A stretch of DNA of 61,531 nt, counting the filler, from Sluysia triapertura (taxonomy: Eukaryota), in NCBI GenBank assembly GCA_046118255.1. It is 5 parts of 5 records of this genome, joined end to end, with 100 filler letters (N's around TTAATTAATTAA, not from the genome) between each part and the next. Parts side by side here need not be neighbours in the genome. Positions count along the whole stretch, not along the records: positions 1 to 13,538 come from JBJNIA010033822.1; positions 13,639 to 24,911 come from JBJNIA010186558.1; positions 25,012 to 36,206 come from JBJNIA010187589.1; 2 more parts are not named here. The stretch is one strand, 5' to 3'. Positions 11,605 to 26,214 of this stretch are shown in pieces. The notes under the pieces are model-generated. The model worked only from the letters and a program-made list of their open reading frames with translations. It was not told the DNA's origin and did not search any database. Made by a program: the position numbers and the translations under genes. Each line of letters starts with the position of its first letter. Positions within the stretch are counted from its first letter, which is position 1.

Positions 11605-13466
11605 GTTTGTTAATAACTTATTTTATTAATAGTTTACACCTAAAATAAGTTCTCTTGTCTTTATAATATGATTTCTCAAGTATGAGCTCTATATATTTCC
11701 TATTTAGAATAAATATAATTCTAAATAAATTTTTTCAAAGGTCGTATCATGTCACCAAAATGGTGCTGTGGAATTATTTTTTGAAAAATGAATTCCAACT
11801 AATCAGAAAAAGTATAACAATAACTATTAAAAAATTATCTTTTATAAAGTTGGGATAAAATACAGATAGTAGATAGTGATAGTGTCAAAATTTTGGTCGA
11901 CTCGTGAAGTACACTTTTTTCAACACTAAAATAATAAAAGTTCCTCCAAATTGATTTAAATTTTATTGAATGCACATACAATATGACCAAAAAACATAAT
12001 GTTTATTCATATAAACATAGTATTATATTTCTATTACTTGTAAAATTATAAATGGCCTTTATTTTTCACCCACAAAATTAAGTAAAGTTCAAATTATTTC
12101 GTATAAAGATTTTAATATCAGATAAAATTTAATAGCTAAAAATTAATAGCTAAAAAAAGTGATTTCTTAAAAAATATAACTTTCCATTTCTTTTACATTC
12201 TGAAAGCTTAATTCAACATAAAGATTACCATGTTTCTCTAGATTCGTAAGCAAAAATTTGTTTGTATTATTTGCTTTAAAAGTTTTAGTTACAATTCATT
12301 AGTTTTGCATGTGTACACCTTGTCGTTATTAAATTTCAGTGTCATTAAAAAGATGAACTGACTTATGTTGATACCGTTAAAAGTAGGTAAGTGTTTTAAA
12401 AGAGGTTCAATTATTTTAAAATAGCTTTCGAATAACTGATTATTTCAGAAGAAATTTTATTCCACAAAATGGATCTTGTATATATAATTGTACATATTGT
12501 TGAATTTCTTCTTGTTTATGCATTTATGAACACACTATATTTAAAGGATATTAAATTCTTGCTTTGTTTTTAGGATAAATAAAAATTGATTATGCAGACT
12601 ACTTAATAAATAATGCCGCTCTTCTAACTGTATAGGAATTTCCTTGCGCATTAAAGAGCTTGGTCGCAAGAGCAAAGTTCCTGAGGATATAAAGGAAAAG
12701 CCTCTAATAGATAAATTCAAAAGTGGATTTGCGTAAGTTCAATAGATAACAAATCCTTTAAGTAAGTAGTTAGGAAATTAAGAGATGTTGAAAGTTCCCT
12801 AGCTGAAGAAAAAGATAAAATAAGTTAAATAATTGAAGAAGTTACATACAATCAATTCCTTTGTTGGAACAAAAGTGACACTCATTACTCAAACCAAATT
12901 AGATTAAATCCGACAAGTCTTGTCAAATCTTCAATCTTCCAAAAAAGTAAATTTGACTTTACATTATACTTTTCTACTTCTTTATAATTTTAAATAATTA
13001 AATTTCTCTTTAAAATGACATTTTTGTAACATTATAATCACAAACCTAAATTTAAATATGATTTTTTTCTAATTTTAACAACTTCATTCACATGAAAATT
13101 ACTTTTCAATGCTCCATAGATCAACGCACCTTTTCTGATTTAATAAATATCAGTTTCGGAAATGTTTCTTCACAAAGATTCATTATATATGTTTCTTGTA
13201 CATCCGATTATTCACGATACGTAATTCCTTTTTAACACTTAAAATTGGGCATTAAAGTTAAAAATGTGAGTTAAACTTGAAACTTTTTTAAATGTATGAA
13301 TCCAAAATTGTATGTAGATGTTTTTGTTTTTTTCACTGATTAGTTAAACAAATAATTTAATATTTTATTGAAAATAATAATTATTATATTATATTATTTT
13401 TATCTGAAATTGTTATTAATATTAATATTTTATTATTATTTACATTTATCATTATTATTATTTACA

Positions 13467-13538
<72 letters not shown>

Positions 13539-13638
13539 NNNNNNNNNNNNNNNNNNNNNNNNNNNNNNNNNNNNNNNNNNNNTTAATTAATTAANNNNNN
13601 NNNNNNNNNNNNNNNNNNNNNNNNNNNNNNNNNNNNNN
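13539..13638. other. Artificial contig spacer (also at 24912-25011, 36207-36306, 47850-47949)
   Basis: Identical 100-nt N44-TTAATTAATTAA-N44 linker with stop codons in all six frames, present four times. Confidence 0.97.
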
Positions 13639-13972
13639 TTAGTTTTTAATTGATTTTGATATTCATAAAATTCAATCATAAAATTCAATTTGGCGCCAGA
13701 AAAGTTACTTTGAGTCTTATATTTAGGCATTAAAATTCCATTCAGACCTACAAACTGAAAATCACGATATTTGGAATTACTTATTTAATAGAAAAAATTG
13801 TAATTTGAAAAAATGATAAAAAAATTAACTATGATTAAATACGCAAAATAATCATTAGATCAAAACCACATCTTGACACTGTTAGCTGAATTAATAAAAC
13901 AGATTCATACATTCTACGTTGGGTATAGCATTAAATGCTTGCGTAACTGTTAAATTAAATGTTTAGGAAAAT

Positions 13973-14031
<59 letters not shown>

Positions 14032-14032
14032 C

Positions 14033-15390
14033 CTTCAAAAACAATTAAAAATTCATCTGTCGAAAGTTGGATACAACATAAAGGTTCAAAATTAATATCC
14101 CTTAAATAATGCAAATGTGAATCTAAATTAGCCATATTTTTTTGTAATAAAATTAATGTTTGAGGTTTTGGATTATTTACATTTTGTACATCCCATATTT
14201 TGTAAAGGGCTACACAATCTTGCATACCAACAAGAATCATTGTTTCATTAGCAACTGAATTTGGTGCATTAAGATTATTATTATTATTGAAAGTATTTAG
14301 AAATTCTATTGAAAATATATTATTTTGACAAGATATTTCTTTAATTTTTTTATGGCGACCTTGTTCTAAAGTCAATTGATACAATATAAGCGTTGAACGA
14401 AACGCTGCACAAAGTATCCAACAAGTGTGAGATGATTCCATTGAAAATGAACGTGATAAATGGTAAGATGCCAAATTTATAGATGATTGATTGGAAATAT
14501 TGCTTGTGTGAGTCCAACATTGAGCTACTCGAAAACATGAGCAAGGAATACGAGTTGAAGCACCAGCATCAACAACAATGGGATCAAATTCCAACAGTGG
14601 AGTTCTCAGTCTAGATTCTGTGAAAATACCCGAGAGTATTAAACGCAGCTGTCGTTGTTTACCTAAATGGAAATACAACTTTTTCTGAATTATAAAAATC
14701 AAATTAGTAATTTGTAAAGATAAGAGCCAATAAAAATTAAATTCAATAAAACTTTTATATTTATGATCTTAATATAAACATCTTATAATATATAAGATCT
14801 AATAATATGTCTTACGATCTTAAGTTTTCAGTTTTACTAGATGATCTACTTTCACATAAATGTATATGTCTTTAAATTATTTCTTAATAATACATAATAT
14901 TTGTCTAAACCATGGTTTCTCAACCATTGGGTCAAAAATTTGGCAGCAAAACAATCTGAAAAAATTTTATTGAATAGCGTGATAAAAATGTTAAGAAACG
15001 CTGGTCTAAACTATCGCAGATACATTTAAAGTCTGCTCTTCACAATGTCACATTAAGATACATAATGCACAAGAGTATTGTTTTTATGTAAACGATCCTA
15101 TTTAATAAAAATTAAGATTCGTATAATATATTAAAATTCTAGCGGTTTCATAATATATACAAATCCATATCTATTAAGTGTGTATAGAGTTAATTATTAT
15201 CATCAAATTTTAATGTATTATCAAATAATATTAAATTGATTAATCCAAAATTAGTTAAATCAAATTCTAAATTTAATTCTTGGATATAAAACAAAAACCT
15301 AACCTTGAACAGCAACAATCAATTGTAAGTCATCTTGATTCAAACATTCAATAATAAATGTTGGTTTTTTATCACCGACTCTAAATGATC
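14033..15390 (-). CDS. MRCK/Citron-family kinase, CNH domain (exons 15390-15304 and 14662-14033)
   Basis: Spliced reading SFRVGDKKPTFIIECLNQDDLQLIVAVQG|KQRQLRLI...FEPLCCIQLSTDEFLIVFE resembles the MRCK CNH domain (RVGDxKK..., SGRNRHVRL, EYLLxF). GT..AG boundaries with matching phase 1. Confidence 0.75.
14911..15003. mobile_element. 93-bp hAT (Buster/Charlie-type) MITE in the CNH-gene intron
   Basis: Perfect 8-bp TSD GTCTAAAC (14903-14910 and 15004-15011). Imperfect TIRs CATGGTTTCTCAAC / GTTAAGAAACGCTG. Confidence 0.85.
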
Positions 15391-17419
15391 CTAAATTCAA
15401 TAGAAATAAAAAATAATGCACATAGGTGTTTAAATCATAGAAAAAATTACTAAGGGATTTAAATATTGTATATAAGAAAATTGAAAAGTTCAAAAATTTA
15501 TTTATATTTTGAAGTTTAAAATAGGTTTTCAATGATTAATCTTATTAATGTTAACAAAATACAATCAAATATTCATTACAATCCACCGATTTTATTATGT
15601 GCTGGAAGCCAGGCTAATTTGTAGAACAAAATGGGTATGAAACACAATTGTGATGAATGCATGTTAATGGAATATGTGGTACTGGTTCTTTGTAATACAA
15701 CAAATTTAGTCTTATAAGTGTATTGTGTGATATCATTTATTTGAGAGATTATATGAAATATATGTGAGAAAAGCCATTAAAAAGCTGGCGCCACTTGTGT
15801 TAGTGTTAATTTAAAAATTATTAAAAAATGTATAATTTTTCATGAATTTTCAATAAAATAGCATAAGAAGTGAAAATATAGTGTAATATAATGTGGAATG
15901 TTGTAAAGCAATCTGCCATCTTCTAACAAAAGTAATAATAACTTTATACTTTATAATATTTTAACTTATTTTATTTGATTCAAATATTTTTCTCACAAAA
16001 TGGTGGTATATTATTGAAATAACTTTGTGCATGTACTGTAAAAGCAGAAACGTTGTCTAAAACAACATGTAATATGACCTGCTTAAGCCTAAGAAACTTG
16101 CAGAAATACGAGTGGGACCAAGTGGTCCCAGCGGCGGCAAAATGGCTAAATTAGTTTGAAATCTCAATATATTTTCGATAATAAGAGTAAATATACAAAT
16201 TACTACTTATTTTTTAATCACTACAAACCCTCAATATTCTCAGTTATAAATTAATGTCTATAAATAACTTCGTATTTTCCTTCATTTCTATTTTAATTTG
16301 AATATCCTTAAAAGTATCTATTTAACAAATATATTTCATAATAGTGATTTGTTTTATTCTTATATTACAACCTACAGCACTCATTTCTAGTTCTATCTTT
16401 GACTAAACCTAACAATGTCTATTACATATTCTATTCATCAGATTAATTTTATAGTTCTTATTTCAACAGTGTACTCCAGTAAATTTTTCTTATTGGTTGA
16501 TTTTTGTGATAAAATTAAATTTAGATAAATATTGGATCATAAAATATTACACAATTTAACTAAGAATAAATATAAAAATCATTTAGTCATCAATAGTCTC
16601 ATTAATCCCTTGAGCGATTTTATAACCATAAATAAATGAGTCTCGCATAAGTAACTTGTATTTATAAAGTGTATATAGTCAAAGATGGTTAAATAAACTA
16701 GATTAAAAGCCAATTGCAGAGCAATGCAAACTCATAGATGAAACTTAATCTAAAGAAAATAAAATTTGATTACCATTATAGTAATTTGTTTAGTTGAAAA
16801 ATAAATTATAATATTTGATAATGACAATAGATGGATAAGTAATAATTCATAATTATAATTCTCTAAAGATAGGTATTTTATAATTCTCTAAATAATATTT
16901 AATATTTTATTTTTGTGAGAGATTAATAATATGTTCAGGAATAAAATGAAATAAAATTTTGATCGTAAAAAATGTATTAATACCATTATTTATTTTAATC
17001 CATTAATTATTATTTTTATTTTATTTTATTTGTATTATTTGTAAATACCATTAATAATTATCTTTTTTATTTTTATTTGTAAATATTTTTTATTCTAGAA
17101 AATAAAATATTGTAAAGATTATAATTAATTAAATTTAAATATTAGTTAAGAAATATTTAAACAATTTGTTTAAACTAATAAAATATTTAATTTGTTTAAA
17201 CGAAATAAATTTTTGTTAATAAAAATGGCGGTTATAGAAACACTATAAAAATACAAGAATTTTTATAATTTTTGGGACACAAATTTTCTGGAACAGAATT
17301 CAAATTTTGGAATAAGGAAGACAAATTGTCCATGATACAAACTATTCCTTATTGATAGAATTTACACATTACCTTGCATAGGAAAGTTTAATTTTCGACT
17401 TAAATTATATAACAAATTT

Positions 17420-18001
17420 GCAAGACCATAAAAGGGCTTGCTTAAATTAATTTTAAAAATAATTACTGAATTACTAAGACAAAGGAATTATCTTAAGTAA
17501 TTTACTAAAATCATCATTAATATATAGTTTATTTCAACTTTTTTATTGTATAAAAGATTTGCTTGTGCGATTATTAATAAATTTTCAGAGTGTACAAGGA
17601 GTTATTATATTTGTTATAGTTGTAATTAAGATCAGTTAAAGGATTTACTAGACTTTACTAAGGCTAGTTTAACGTTTAAACTATATAAAATCTTTTATTG
17701 GATACGCTAGACCATATCAGGCTAGCTTAATTGCTTATACGACTAGACCATAATTTGGCTAGTTTAACGATAATTTGAATTAAGTCTAACTGAGTAATAT
17801 AACTCACTAAGGTGTGAATTTACGAGAATACTATAACATATTACTTGTTAAGATAAGAGTAGGATTATGTTCTTAGTTTAGTTCTTCAAGCATATTAAAA
17901 ATCCTAATAGACCGCCTTCGATCAGATATAAGTCGTATCTATTAGGTGGACTCGTCACCAGATTCATATTTGCGTGTCATAAGATAGCTAAAATCTTCGC
18001 A
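17420..18001 (+). repeat. Structured LTR-like end, copy 1: four bulged hairpins, a conserved stem-loop, ends in GCA
   Basis: Hairpins at 17420-17441, 17647-17668, 17706-17726 and 17742-17763. Stem CCTAATAGA/TCTATTAGG at 17903-17946. Confidence 0.7.
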
Positions 18002-18611
18002 TGTTTATACTTTTAATTAAATTAGATTTTACATAGTGTGATGGTCACAGTAAATCCCCAAAGTTTTTTTGAATTGATTTTTTTGCTTTGCAATTATTAA
18101 AATTGTTTTTTATTTTTTTGGAGATAATTATTAATAAAATATATCAGAAAATAAAAATGTAATTACAAACTAAGGCGGGATCAGTTATAGACAAGTAGTT
18201 TTTGTTCGAAGGCGTTTTAAAAGGATTTGATAATAAATTATCGTGTTTGATAAAATTAATAATAATAATAATGTTAAAGAATCTTTAGAATATGTAGAAA
18301 TCCTACATAAAGATGTTAATCTTGTTGAAAGAATTGCTATCAATCGGAAAATCGATTGTGAAAGTGCTATTTTTGATTTTAAATTCAGTTACCACAAGTT
18401 GATAAATAAATTAATTGAAAAAAATCGTATACCAAAGCCACGAAGAAGATCAAGTATGAGTTCAAGTGAAGTTCCAGATGCCTTTAGCGAAGAAGATTAT
18501 ACCATATAATTTGATACAAATGATCCAGACTAAGAACAGATGAGAAAGATGGGCAAGAGAAATTGTAAATGATATTACAACCAATCCCAAGAAATGTTAG
18601 ACTTCGTAAAA

Positions 18612-18682
18612 TGGACTGACCGGAGATCGAATCGGGACCTCTAGTTGTGCAGTTCGATGCTCTACCACTGAGCTATCAACAC
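18612..18682 (-). pseudogene. tRNA-Cys(GCA)-derived pseudogene or SINE head
   Basis: GTGTTGATAGCTCAGTGGTAGAGCATCGAACTGCACAACTAGAGGTCCCGATTCGATCTCCGGTCAGTCCA: intact A box and D arm, CT-GCA anticodon loop, TTCGA T loop. Mismatches in the acceptor, anticodon and T stems. Confidence 0.75.
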
Positions 18683-19380
18683 AATCCAACATTTTTTATT
18701 TTATTATTGTCAATTTTGCCAAATGGCACCTTAGGCCTTTTTACCCCAACAGAAGTATCCTGAAGACGATAATGATTTTGATGAAGAGCATAGATTTGGA
18801 GCACCACATTCTATATTACCTACTAATGCCGATTCTAAGTTTCCGTTATCATTGATGTTAGTTTCTCCAAATTCTTTTTGATATGTCGCTCGTAATACAA
18901 GGGAGGTATGTGGTGTTGCGATATCCGTTATAACTTCGTTACCCTTAACTTTCATAAAATTTCACATTCAACCTTTTCCTTTCATTGTTACCCTTCCACA
19001 TTTTGCATAAACAATAAATAATATCCTATAAACTCTAAATATCACGCCAAAATAATTTATATTAATATTGTAACTTCAGAAAGAACTTTCCATTTCAAAA
19101 TCATAGTCTCCTTCCCTCTTATTATCATTAACATCATCATCATCACTATTATCATTATTTCTATTAATTTATTATTTTTATTATTCTATTATTTTTATCA
19201 TTTTATTATCTTTATTATCTTTATTATTTTTATTAATTTATTATTTTTACTATCTTTATTATTTTTATTGCTTTATTATTTTTATTATTATTTTATGTTA
19301 TTGTTTCAATATTCTACATAAAAAATACATTTTTAAATTGAAAAGGCTAATTCCTACTTTTTAATTCTTATTAATCATTT

Positions 19381-20066
19381 ATGCCTTCGAAAGCTGCTTC
19401 CTTTTCTGATCATGAAGTTTATTATGTTATCGGAGATAGTATATATGTGGTTGGCAGATAAGGAGTAGATATAAAAGTCAATGATAAGTCAGTATCGAAA
19501 ATGAAATCAATCACTTATACGGAGTATGGAACCTACATAGACCAAACATATGTAAATAAAAATGAGAAATTATGTTTCGATCTAATTCAATTCGCTTGTG
19601 AGCCTGGAGTTTATTTTAGATTCTGCAGAACAAGGTTAAACATTATAATGGTAGATTTCAACCAATGTGTTTCTGAAAATTTAAATACTTATATTAATGA
19701 TTTTAGAGTTATTAGTGAAATTAAATTTCACAAATCATTGTAATATTTAAAAATAGTCCTATTGTTACGACTAAAATTATACAGTTTTCATTGAAATTTT
19801 ACTATTTTATGTTTTCAAATATTATAGCAGTTAAAAATTTGTCACCTTCGGGTAACGTTAATGTTTTGATCGAATTAATGAAATGTTCTATAAAAATTAA
19901 AAAAATTAAAGTTATTGTACCCAGCATTACTAAAAGTCATTTAACTGTTGTTGAACTTGATGAGTTCACTGGTTCATCGGCTATTCAAAGATTTAATAAT
20001 ACTCTACATGATCAATCAACAATTAGATTAGATTATTGCCCTAAAGTTTCGATAGACGATTTATAG
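19381..20066 (+). pseudogene. Decayed gene ending in an RRM-like domain
   Basis: IIAVKNLSPSGNVNVLIELMKCSIKIKKIKVI...LTVVELDEFTGSSAIQRFNNTLHDQSTIRLDY fits the RRM beta-alpha-beta-beta-alpha-beta pattern. Upstream coding-like frame from ATG 19381 contains stops. Confidence 0.5.
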
Positions 20067-20663
20067 TTGCTTTATATCTAATGTTTTATAATTGTGTTAC
20101 ATTTTTTACTCTGAGGCAATAAATAAAATAGGCTTTTATGTTTTAATTTTTTGTTTATCTAAAGATTCAACCTTAGGCCTTAAGTCTATTTTTTACTTTC
20201 AATTAAAATTTTCATAACGGACCATAAGTCCCATTTTAGAAAATTAATTTTAATAGACTTAAATAATTTCTTTTTATTTGGAATTATATTTGTATCCACC
20301 TTTCAATTATTAAAGCCCCGGCCATCACACACATATAATTTTATCAATGTGGATGACGATAACAATTTTATTAACGAATTTAATATTAAAGATTAATCTA
20401 ATAATAACAATACAACGTCATCCACAATAACTTAATTAAAAAAGGTAAGGCGTGAATTTCTCTTATTAAACAAAATTGCACTTCCATCTCTTACATCAGA
20501 GGCAAGTGAACAGTAACCTCAAGTTTTAATTATAAGTGTTAGAAATTAACCATCTCAAGCTTAAGTTGCATTATTGGTACACATAATTCAAGTGGAATAT
20601 CCTAAGTCTTAAGTTATTAGGAAAGATACATGCAAACAATAAGTTAACAACAACAACAACAAC

Positions 20664-20711
<48 letters not shown>

Positions 20712-23700
20712 GTAAGCTAAAACAATGGAAACTATACCTGAAAATTTATAACGAATGTTATATATGCAAGACAGAAAGTGTAGTAAAGATACAATTTATG
20801 AAGAAAGAATTGGATATTAAATTGGAATTAACTATGGAAAAGTTATTATAGAATAAGCTATTGGCCAGAACCTAATAGTACATACGGTTTGCATGATTGG
20901 GAATTCTTGGTCAAACATATTTCGATTTTTGTGATTGTGAATTTGAATGAACACGTATATAAATATTTGGCTTTAAATATGTTTGTATTTTGGATATCTT
21001 GATATAATTATACTCAAAGTTTTGTTTTAAATGTTTTGAAAGTTAAAATTATCAATTTTCTCAAAACAATATAGCGTCTAAATTAGAATTACTAGAATTG
21101 CGACTACTGACAAATTGAATTTTGTGAAATAAAATTGTGAAATACTGACTGAAATGAATAAGTATTTATAGTAACTCTTATCCAATAAGTATTTCGTTCG
21201 TATTCCAGTTAGTTGATATTTAAATATATATAAAATTAATACCTATTATTTACTTATGTAAATGATTTTTATTAAAGTTAAAAATTATTAATTTTTAAAT
21301 TTAATATTCATTTAATTTTTTACAAAAGAGTAAGACTTAAATTTATATTATTTATTCATTGTTATTATTATTCATTATTATCACTATTATTATTCCTCAA
21401 GGTAGGATGCGAACGCTATCTCACAAGGAAATAATTGTCCTCAAATTTAAAGAAATAAAATATATAATATTATTATTATAATAATAATTATAATAATTAT
21501 TATAATAATATTATAATAATGATTATTGAATTACACATTATCATAACTGTGAACTTTAAAAAAATTATTATAATAAACCACAATTATCATAGGCACTAGT
21601 CGTCATCAGTGTCTGTGCTGGGTGAGTACTATATTGATTTAGTGATGGAGAAACCGAGTGAAAATTGTCATGATGATGAAGGTTTACAAAAAATCGTAAA
21701 TATTTATCGATGTGGCCATTGTGAAACTGAGGTCGAATGTACATTATAGACAAAAAATCAAATACAAAAAAGGAAAAAATTAGTAAGTTTACCATAATTA
21801 CATATTATTTATAAGAGTATACGAGTTTTAGAAAAGGATTCCGAAGTTTTTATACAGGTATGAGCCATAAAAGTTTCATTCTCATTTCTGCCCATTGCAT
21901 TTTTGCGATAAAATCAAGCCGGAGATATTTGCAACCAGTGAACCCAAAGAAGTTCGTTTGTGTTGTATTTACACAATATTTAAGGCAGATGGCGCATGTA
22001 ATATAGCTAATGATCTTAATAAAATAAGCTAACGAAATGATAAGTCCAACAAACTCTAAAAAGATGAATAATATAACTGAAAACGTTATGTAAATTGTGT
22101 AACTAACTAAAAGTACAGAATTTTCTTGAATTTATAAGACCAGGCGTGAAAGTAAACCATCCTTAAGGGTCGGTTACTAAAACGAGGGTTATCTCAGAAT
22201 CAGAGAGGCTGTAGAGGGTGTATTTGTCGAAATATAATGAAATAATTATTTACAAAATTATTTAATAAAGGAATTAAATTTAATAATAACTACTTACAAA
22301 ATTATTTAATAAGTAGTTTTAATAATGAGAAATTAGCATATTTTATTTGACAAATGAACATGTGATAATCATTCTTAATTATTTTTGCTTAAAAATATTA
22401 TTAATATCGTAATAAATTTAATTATTTGTTAATAAATTTAAATAATGATTTGTCTAAAACCATGTGTAAAAAAATTAATTCATTTATAAGAACATTTATA
22501 AGAATTAAAGAATAATAAAAAAACGATAAGTAAAAAAGGTTAATCAAGAGTAATTTGTATAGTAGTTCTGTGTCATTCTTGGTAGAACTTTGTAAGAAAC
22601 CTATTCTAATGGTCAATTATTATTTCTTTTCTAATAATTTTTTTATCGAATTTTGTGATAATCCAAGTGACAATAATTTATTTTTAGATATTAACTAAAT
22701 AATAATTTTTTCTTATATATTATTTTATTTCTCAGCTTTTCAGTAACGAAAAGTACCCAATCAGATAATTATTTTTCTTATTATTATTTTATATTTATTT
22801 TAGATTTTCAGGTTGGTGTTTTATTATTTTTATTTTATTTATAGGGAATGATTAAATAGTTCTATCAAACAGTTTAATTAATTTTAACAAAATGAAGAAT
22901 TTGAAAAATTATTCTTATTAATTACAATAGCCAGAAACAATTAAATTCAATTGGTCAGACTGTTTTAGTGAATTTATTGATATATCCGACATTATTTTAA
23001 GAGTTGACATAAAATGAAGTAATATGTTATTAAATAACATGCTATCCTTAATCCTAATTTTAATTAGGTTTAATTAGGTTTTGGCTCGGAACTGTCTTCA
23101 CTATCTAATAATGAAAATCTTCTGACTGTTGCTTTCTGAACAATCAAATATTTTTGTTTATTTTGTTTCATTTATTCTATAGCCTTTTACCTTAGGTGGT
23201 AGCTTCTTATACTTATCAATTTTATCAAATTTGTCGGATAACAATGCATAAATTAAACTTTTTGTATTTTTTATTTTTGATTTTGTCATATTTATAGCAT
23301 TTCTAAAAATTGATTAGGAACTGTCACTTTATTATTTTCTTGGCTCATCAGACTTTTTCTCAATAGTATTAATTTTTTATTTAGTGTTTTTGTATTTGTA
23401 TCTATCGTTTGGTCTAGTTTCTCATTAATATTATCATTATCATTAATGTTTAATTTCATTCTTACCATTATCTAACAGGAATAAGAATTACTTAAACCAA
23501 TGTTATCAACAATCTCAATGTGAATCAGCAGACTTACGATGAGCCACATTATTAACAAGCTTACTCTGAATAACTATAATCATTTAAATTTCATCAGATG
23601 ACAAATTTATATAGTGAAAATATAATTTAATATCTATCATAGACAGAGCATGTAACTTAATTTAATAATCTTTTCAACTATAACATTAATCGATCCATTA

Positions 23701-25299
23701 ATTATATTCTTAACATTCATTGTGACTCTTTCTAGTTGGCCAATTTTTCACAATACTTAATATAACTAAATTAGATTTAACATCATATCTATTTCTTATA
23801 CTTAAATTTGAATTGAATAAATTATCTAAATTCTTATCAATGTTTGTTGCTTTTGCGTTACTATGATTTAAATCTAAATGAAATGCTTTAATTTCTTCAA
23901 TTGTAATTGATTTTGGAATATCAACTTCATCACTTATGTTTGCGTTTCTTTCGTCAATAGAAATTGAGTTTACATCATTATTTTCGTTTGTTTTTGATTC
24001 CGTTTCAGTTATATTGTCCTCATTTAAGTTCAACATTGTTATTATTTTATTTATCTGTTATTGATATAGTCTCTTCGTACTTAATTTCTTTATTTCTTAG
24101 CTCTTCCTTTCTATTTAGAAATCTAAAAAATTACTAATACATATAATTTACGAATGTTTCATAAACTTCACCTATTTTATTGTGCAATAATTCCAATATT
24201 AAACTTACTAATGATAATGATGAGAAAGTAAAATCTGACATGTTGAAACATGTCACTTTAACTTTTGAACAGCGCAAACTTTACCGAAATCTTGAATTAG
24301 CTAAAATAAACCTAAAACCAGATTCTTTACCCAGAACCCTTACACATTACAAATGTTAAACTATTTTGCGTTTAATAAAACATTGTGTAATTTGAGTGAT
24401 TTTATGTCATTTCACTTAGTACAATTTAGAGGTCAAATAATTGTTATCCTAGTGAAAATAAAAGTGTGCTTGTACATATTAATGTATCAAAATAAATTAT
24501 TGCTGTGTATCTATAAGTTAGTTTAAGAAGTGGCTAAACTTTAGTCACAACTATAAAACTTTTTCGTAACATGCTAGAGTTATAATAAAACGCTGAATGA
24601 TTTAGAAACTATCATTAAAAAAACAATGACACTATAACAGTTATCTTTTAAACTATAATAGTCACACAATAACTATAAATTTAATTACCTAAGCATAAAA
24701 TTAGTCTACATAACCCTGTATTAAATTAAAAATTAAAAAATTATTTGGCTCAAAAAATTAATTAAAAATCTTTTTTTTAAATTGTCGACAAAAATTAAAA
24801 TCGTCAACGAAAAAATTCATAGAAATTATATGAAGGTTTTGTAATAATACAGAGCTTAATGAAAAATAAATTAAAGACGTCGTCAGTCCTATCAAATTAA
24901 GTTGTAACAATNNNNNNNNNNNNNNNNNNNNNNNNNNNNNNNNNNNNNNNNNNNNTTAATTAATTAANNNNNNNNNNNNNNNNNNNNNNNNNNNNNNNNN
25001 NNNNNNNNNNNCTGGTTATTTTTATCAAATTTTTATCTATATGTTTATTATGTTATTGTTCAAATATTATTCTTTTCCTGTTCACAAACTTTGTCAATTT
25101 ATTAAATTTAATAATTACGTTTTTGTTTCCAATTGTTTCAGGCCTTAAGCCCATGTTTATAAATACAAATATAATGTTTTTAAATTGTTCTAATTCAATC
25201 CTAATTTATTCATTAAAAATAATTTTTAAAGTAAAGAAAATTAAAAGTAATTCAAAACCAATTAAATTGAATTATGCATTGCCCTCCACACATTGACTA

Positions 25300-25680
25300 T
25301 ATACGTGGCGGTGGTGCGAGGCGTCGTAAGAGTTACCTTAGCGTTACAATTGCGTGTTGAAGGACCATCGACCCTTTATTTTCTACCCTGACCAAAAAAT
25401 GTACAATATCTATCGAGAACCTGGAGTATTCGTCTTCGGTCGCCATTCTTTTTGTTCTTCCTCCAGAGCCTCTTCCCTTCTAACCCTTTTGCTGATGACG
25501 TCGCTAATTTGGCCACTGGAACAAAAGACAAAGATCGACTCGTTTTTGTAACATATCAATATGACCTCGATTGTTTCAACAAACCCCACCTCTCTGGCCT
25601 GGCCTATACACCACAAAGCAGGCACGAATAAAACCTCGTTGCCGGATTCAAAACCTTTTACGCACCATTAAAGTGTAGGG
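25300..25680 (+). mobile_element. Possible highly decayed gypsy RNase H/integrase remnant
   Basis: GC-rich island; LKDHRPFIFYPDQK resembles LEGRPFxxYTDHK. Confidence 0.3.
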
Positions 25681-26214
25681 CATAATGATGTATGAAAAAT
25701 GGGCAGTAATCAGTACAGTTTTCTTCTGTCTGACAGGCTGCCCAATTCTAATACTGTCATTTAAAATATAAATATTCGTTGTTAGGATTTTTGCATATAT
25801 AACATAATTTTTAAGTTTTTAATATATTTTAAACAGTTATAATTTATAATTAACTTTAATATTATTGTTTTATTTCTTTTTATTTATTTTATTAATTGTA
25901 TAAATTTATAATTTAATAATTTTATATTTTAATTTAATAATTGACTAACAAATTTTTTTGTTTTGTTGAAAATTTTGACTTTCACAAAACAATATAAATA
26001 GCACATACAAATTGACTACACTAAAAAAATTTCTTAAAAATACTTTTATACAACATCAATTTGTAATTCGTAAAAAATTTTGGAGTTAATCTATACACAC
26101 CACGAAACAATTTTTATTTGTAATTAATACGATTTTAGATTTTTTTAACTCCAACTTTATGCGTCGATATACGATTATGTAAAAATGCTTTAACAATGCT
26201 TTAAACATCCTGTA

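Noticed and set aside
13368-13586. Poly-Tyr ORF and other hydrophobic short ORFs (e.g. 2467, 9351, 46239, 49021, 54370)
   Set aside because: Products of (TAT)n microsatellites, AT-rich DNA, or antisense reading of real coding relics.
16083-16150. piggyBac-like end (GGGACCAAGTGGTCCC hairpin)
   Set aside because: No matching opposite terminus, intact TTAA pair or transposase was identified.
17903-17960. Twister, hammerhead or HDV ribozyme
   Set aside because: Only a superficial GGUnnnAAGC similarity in one copy; no complete catalytic core could be drawn.
18243-18955. Coding-like ORFs at 18243-18955 (also 21590-22030, 23710-24036, 49741-50118, 52563-53171)
   Set aside because: No recognisable motifs or consistent splice structure, so no product call can be supported.
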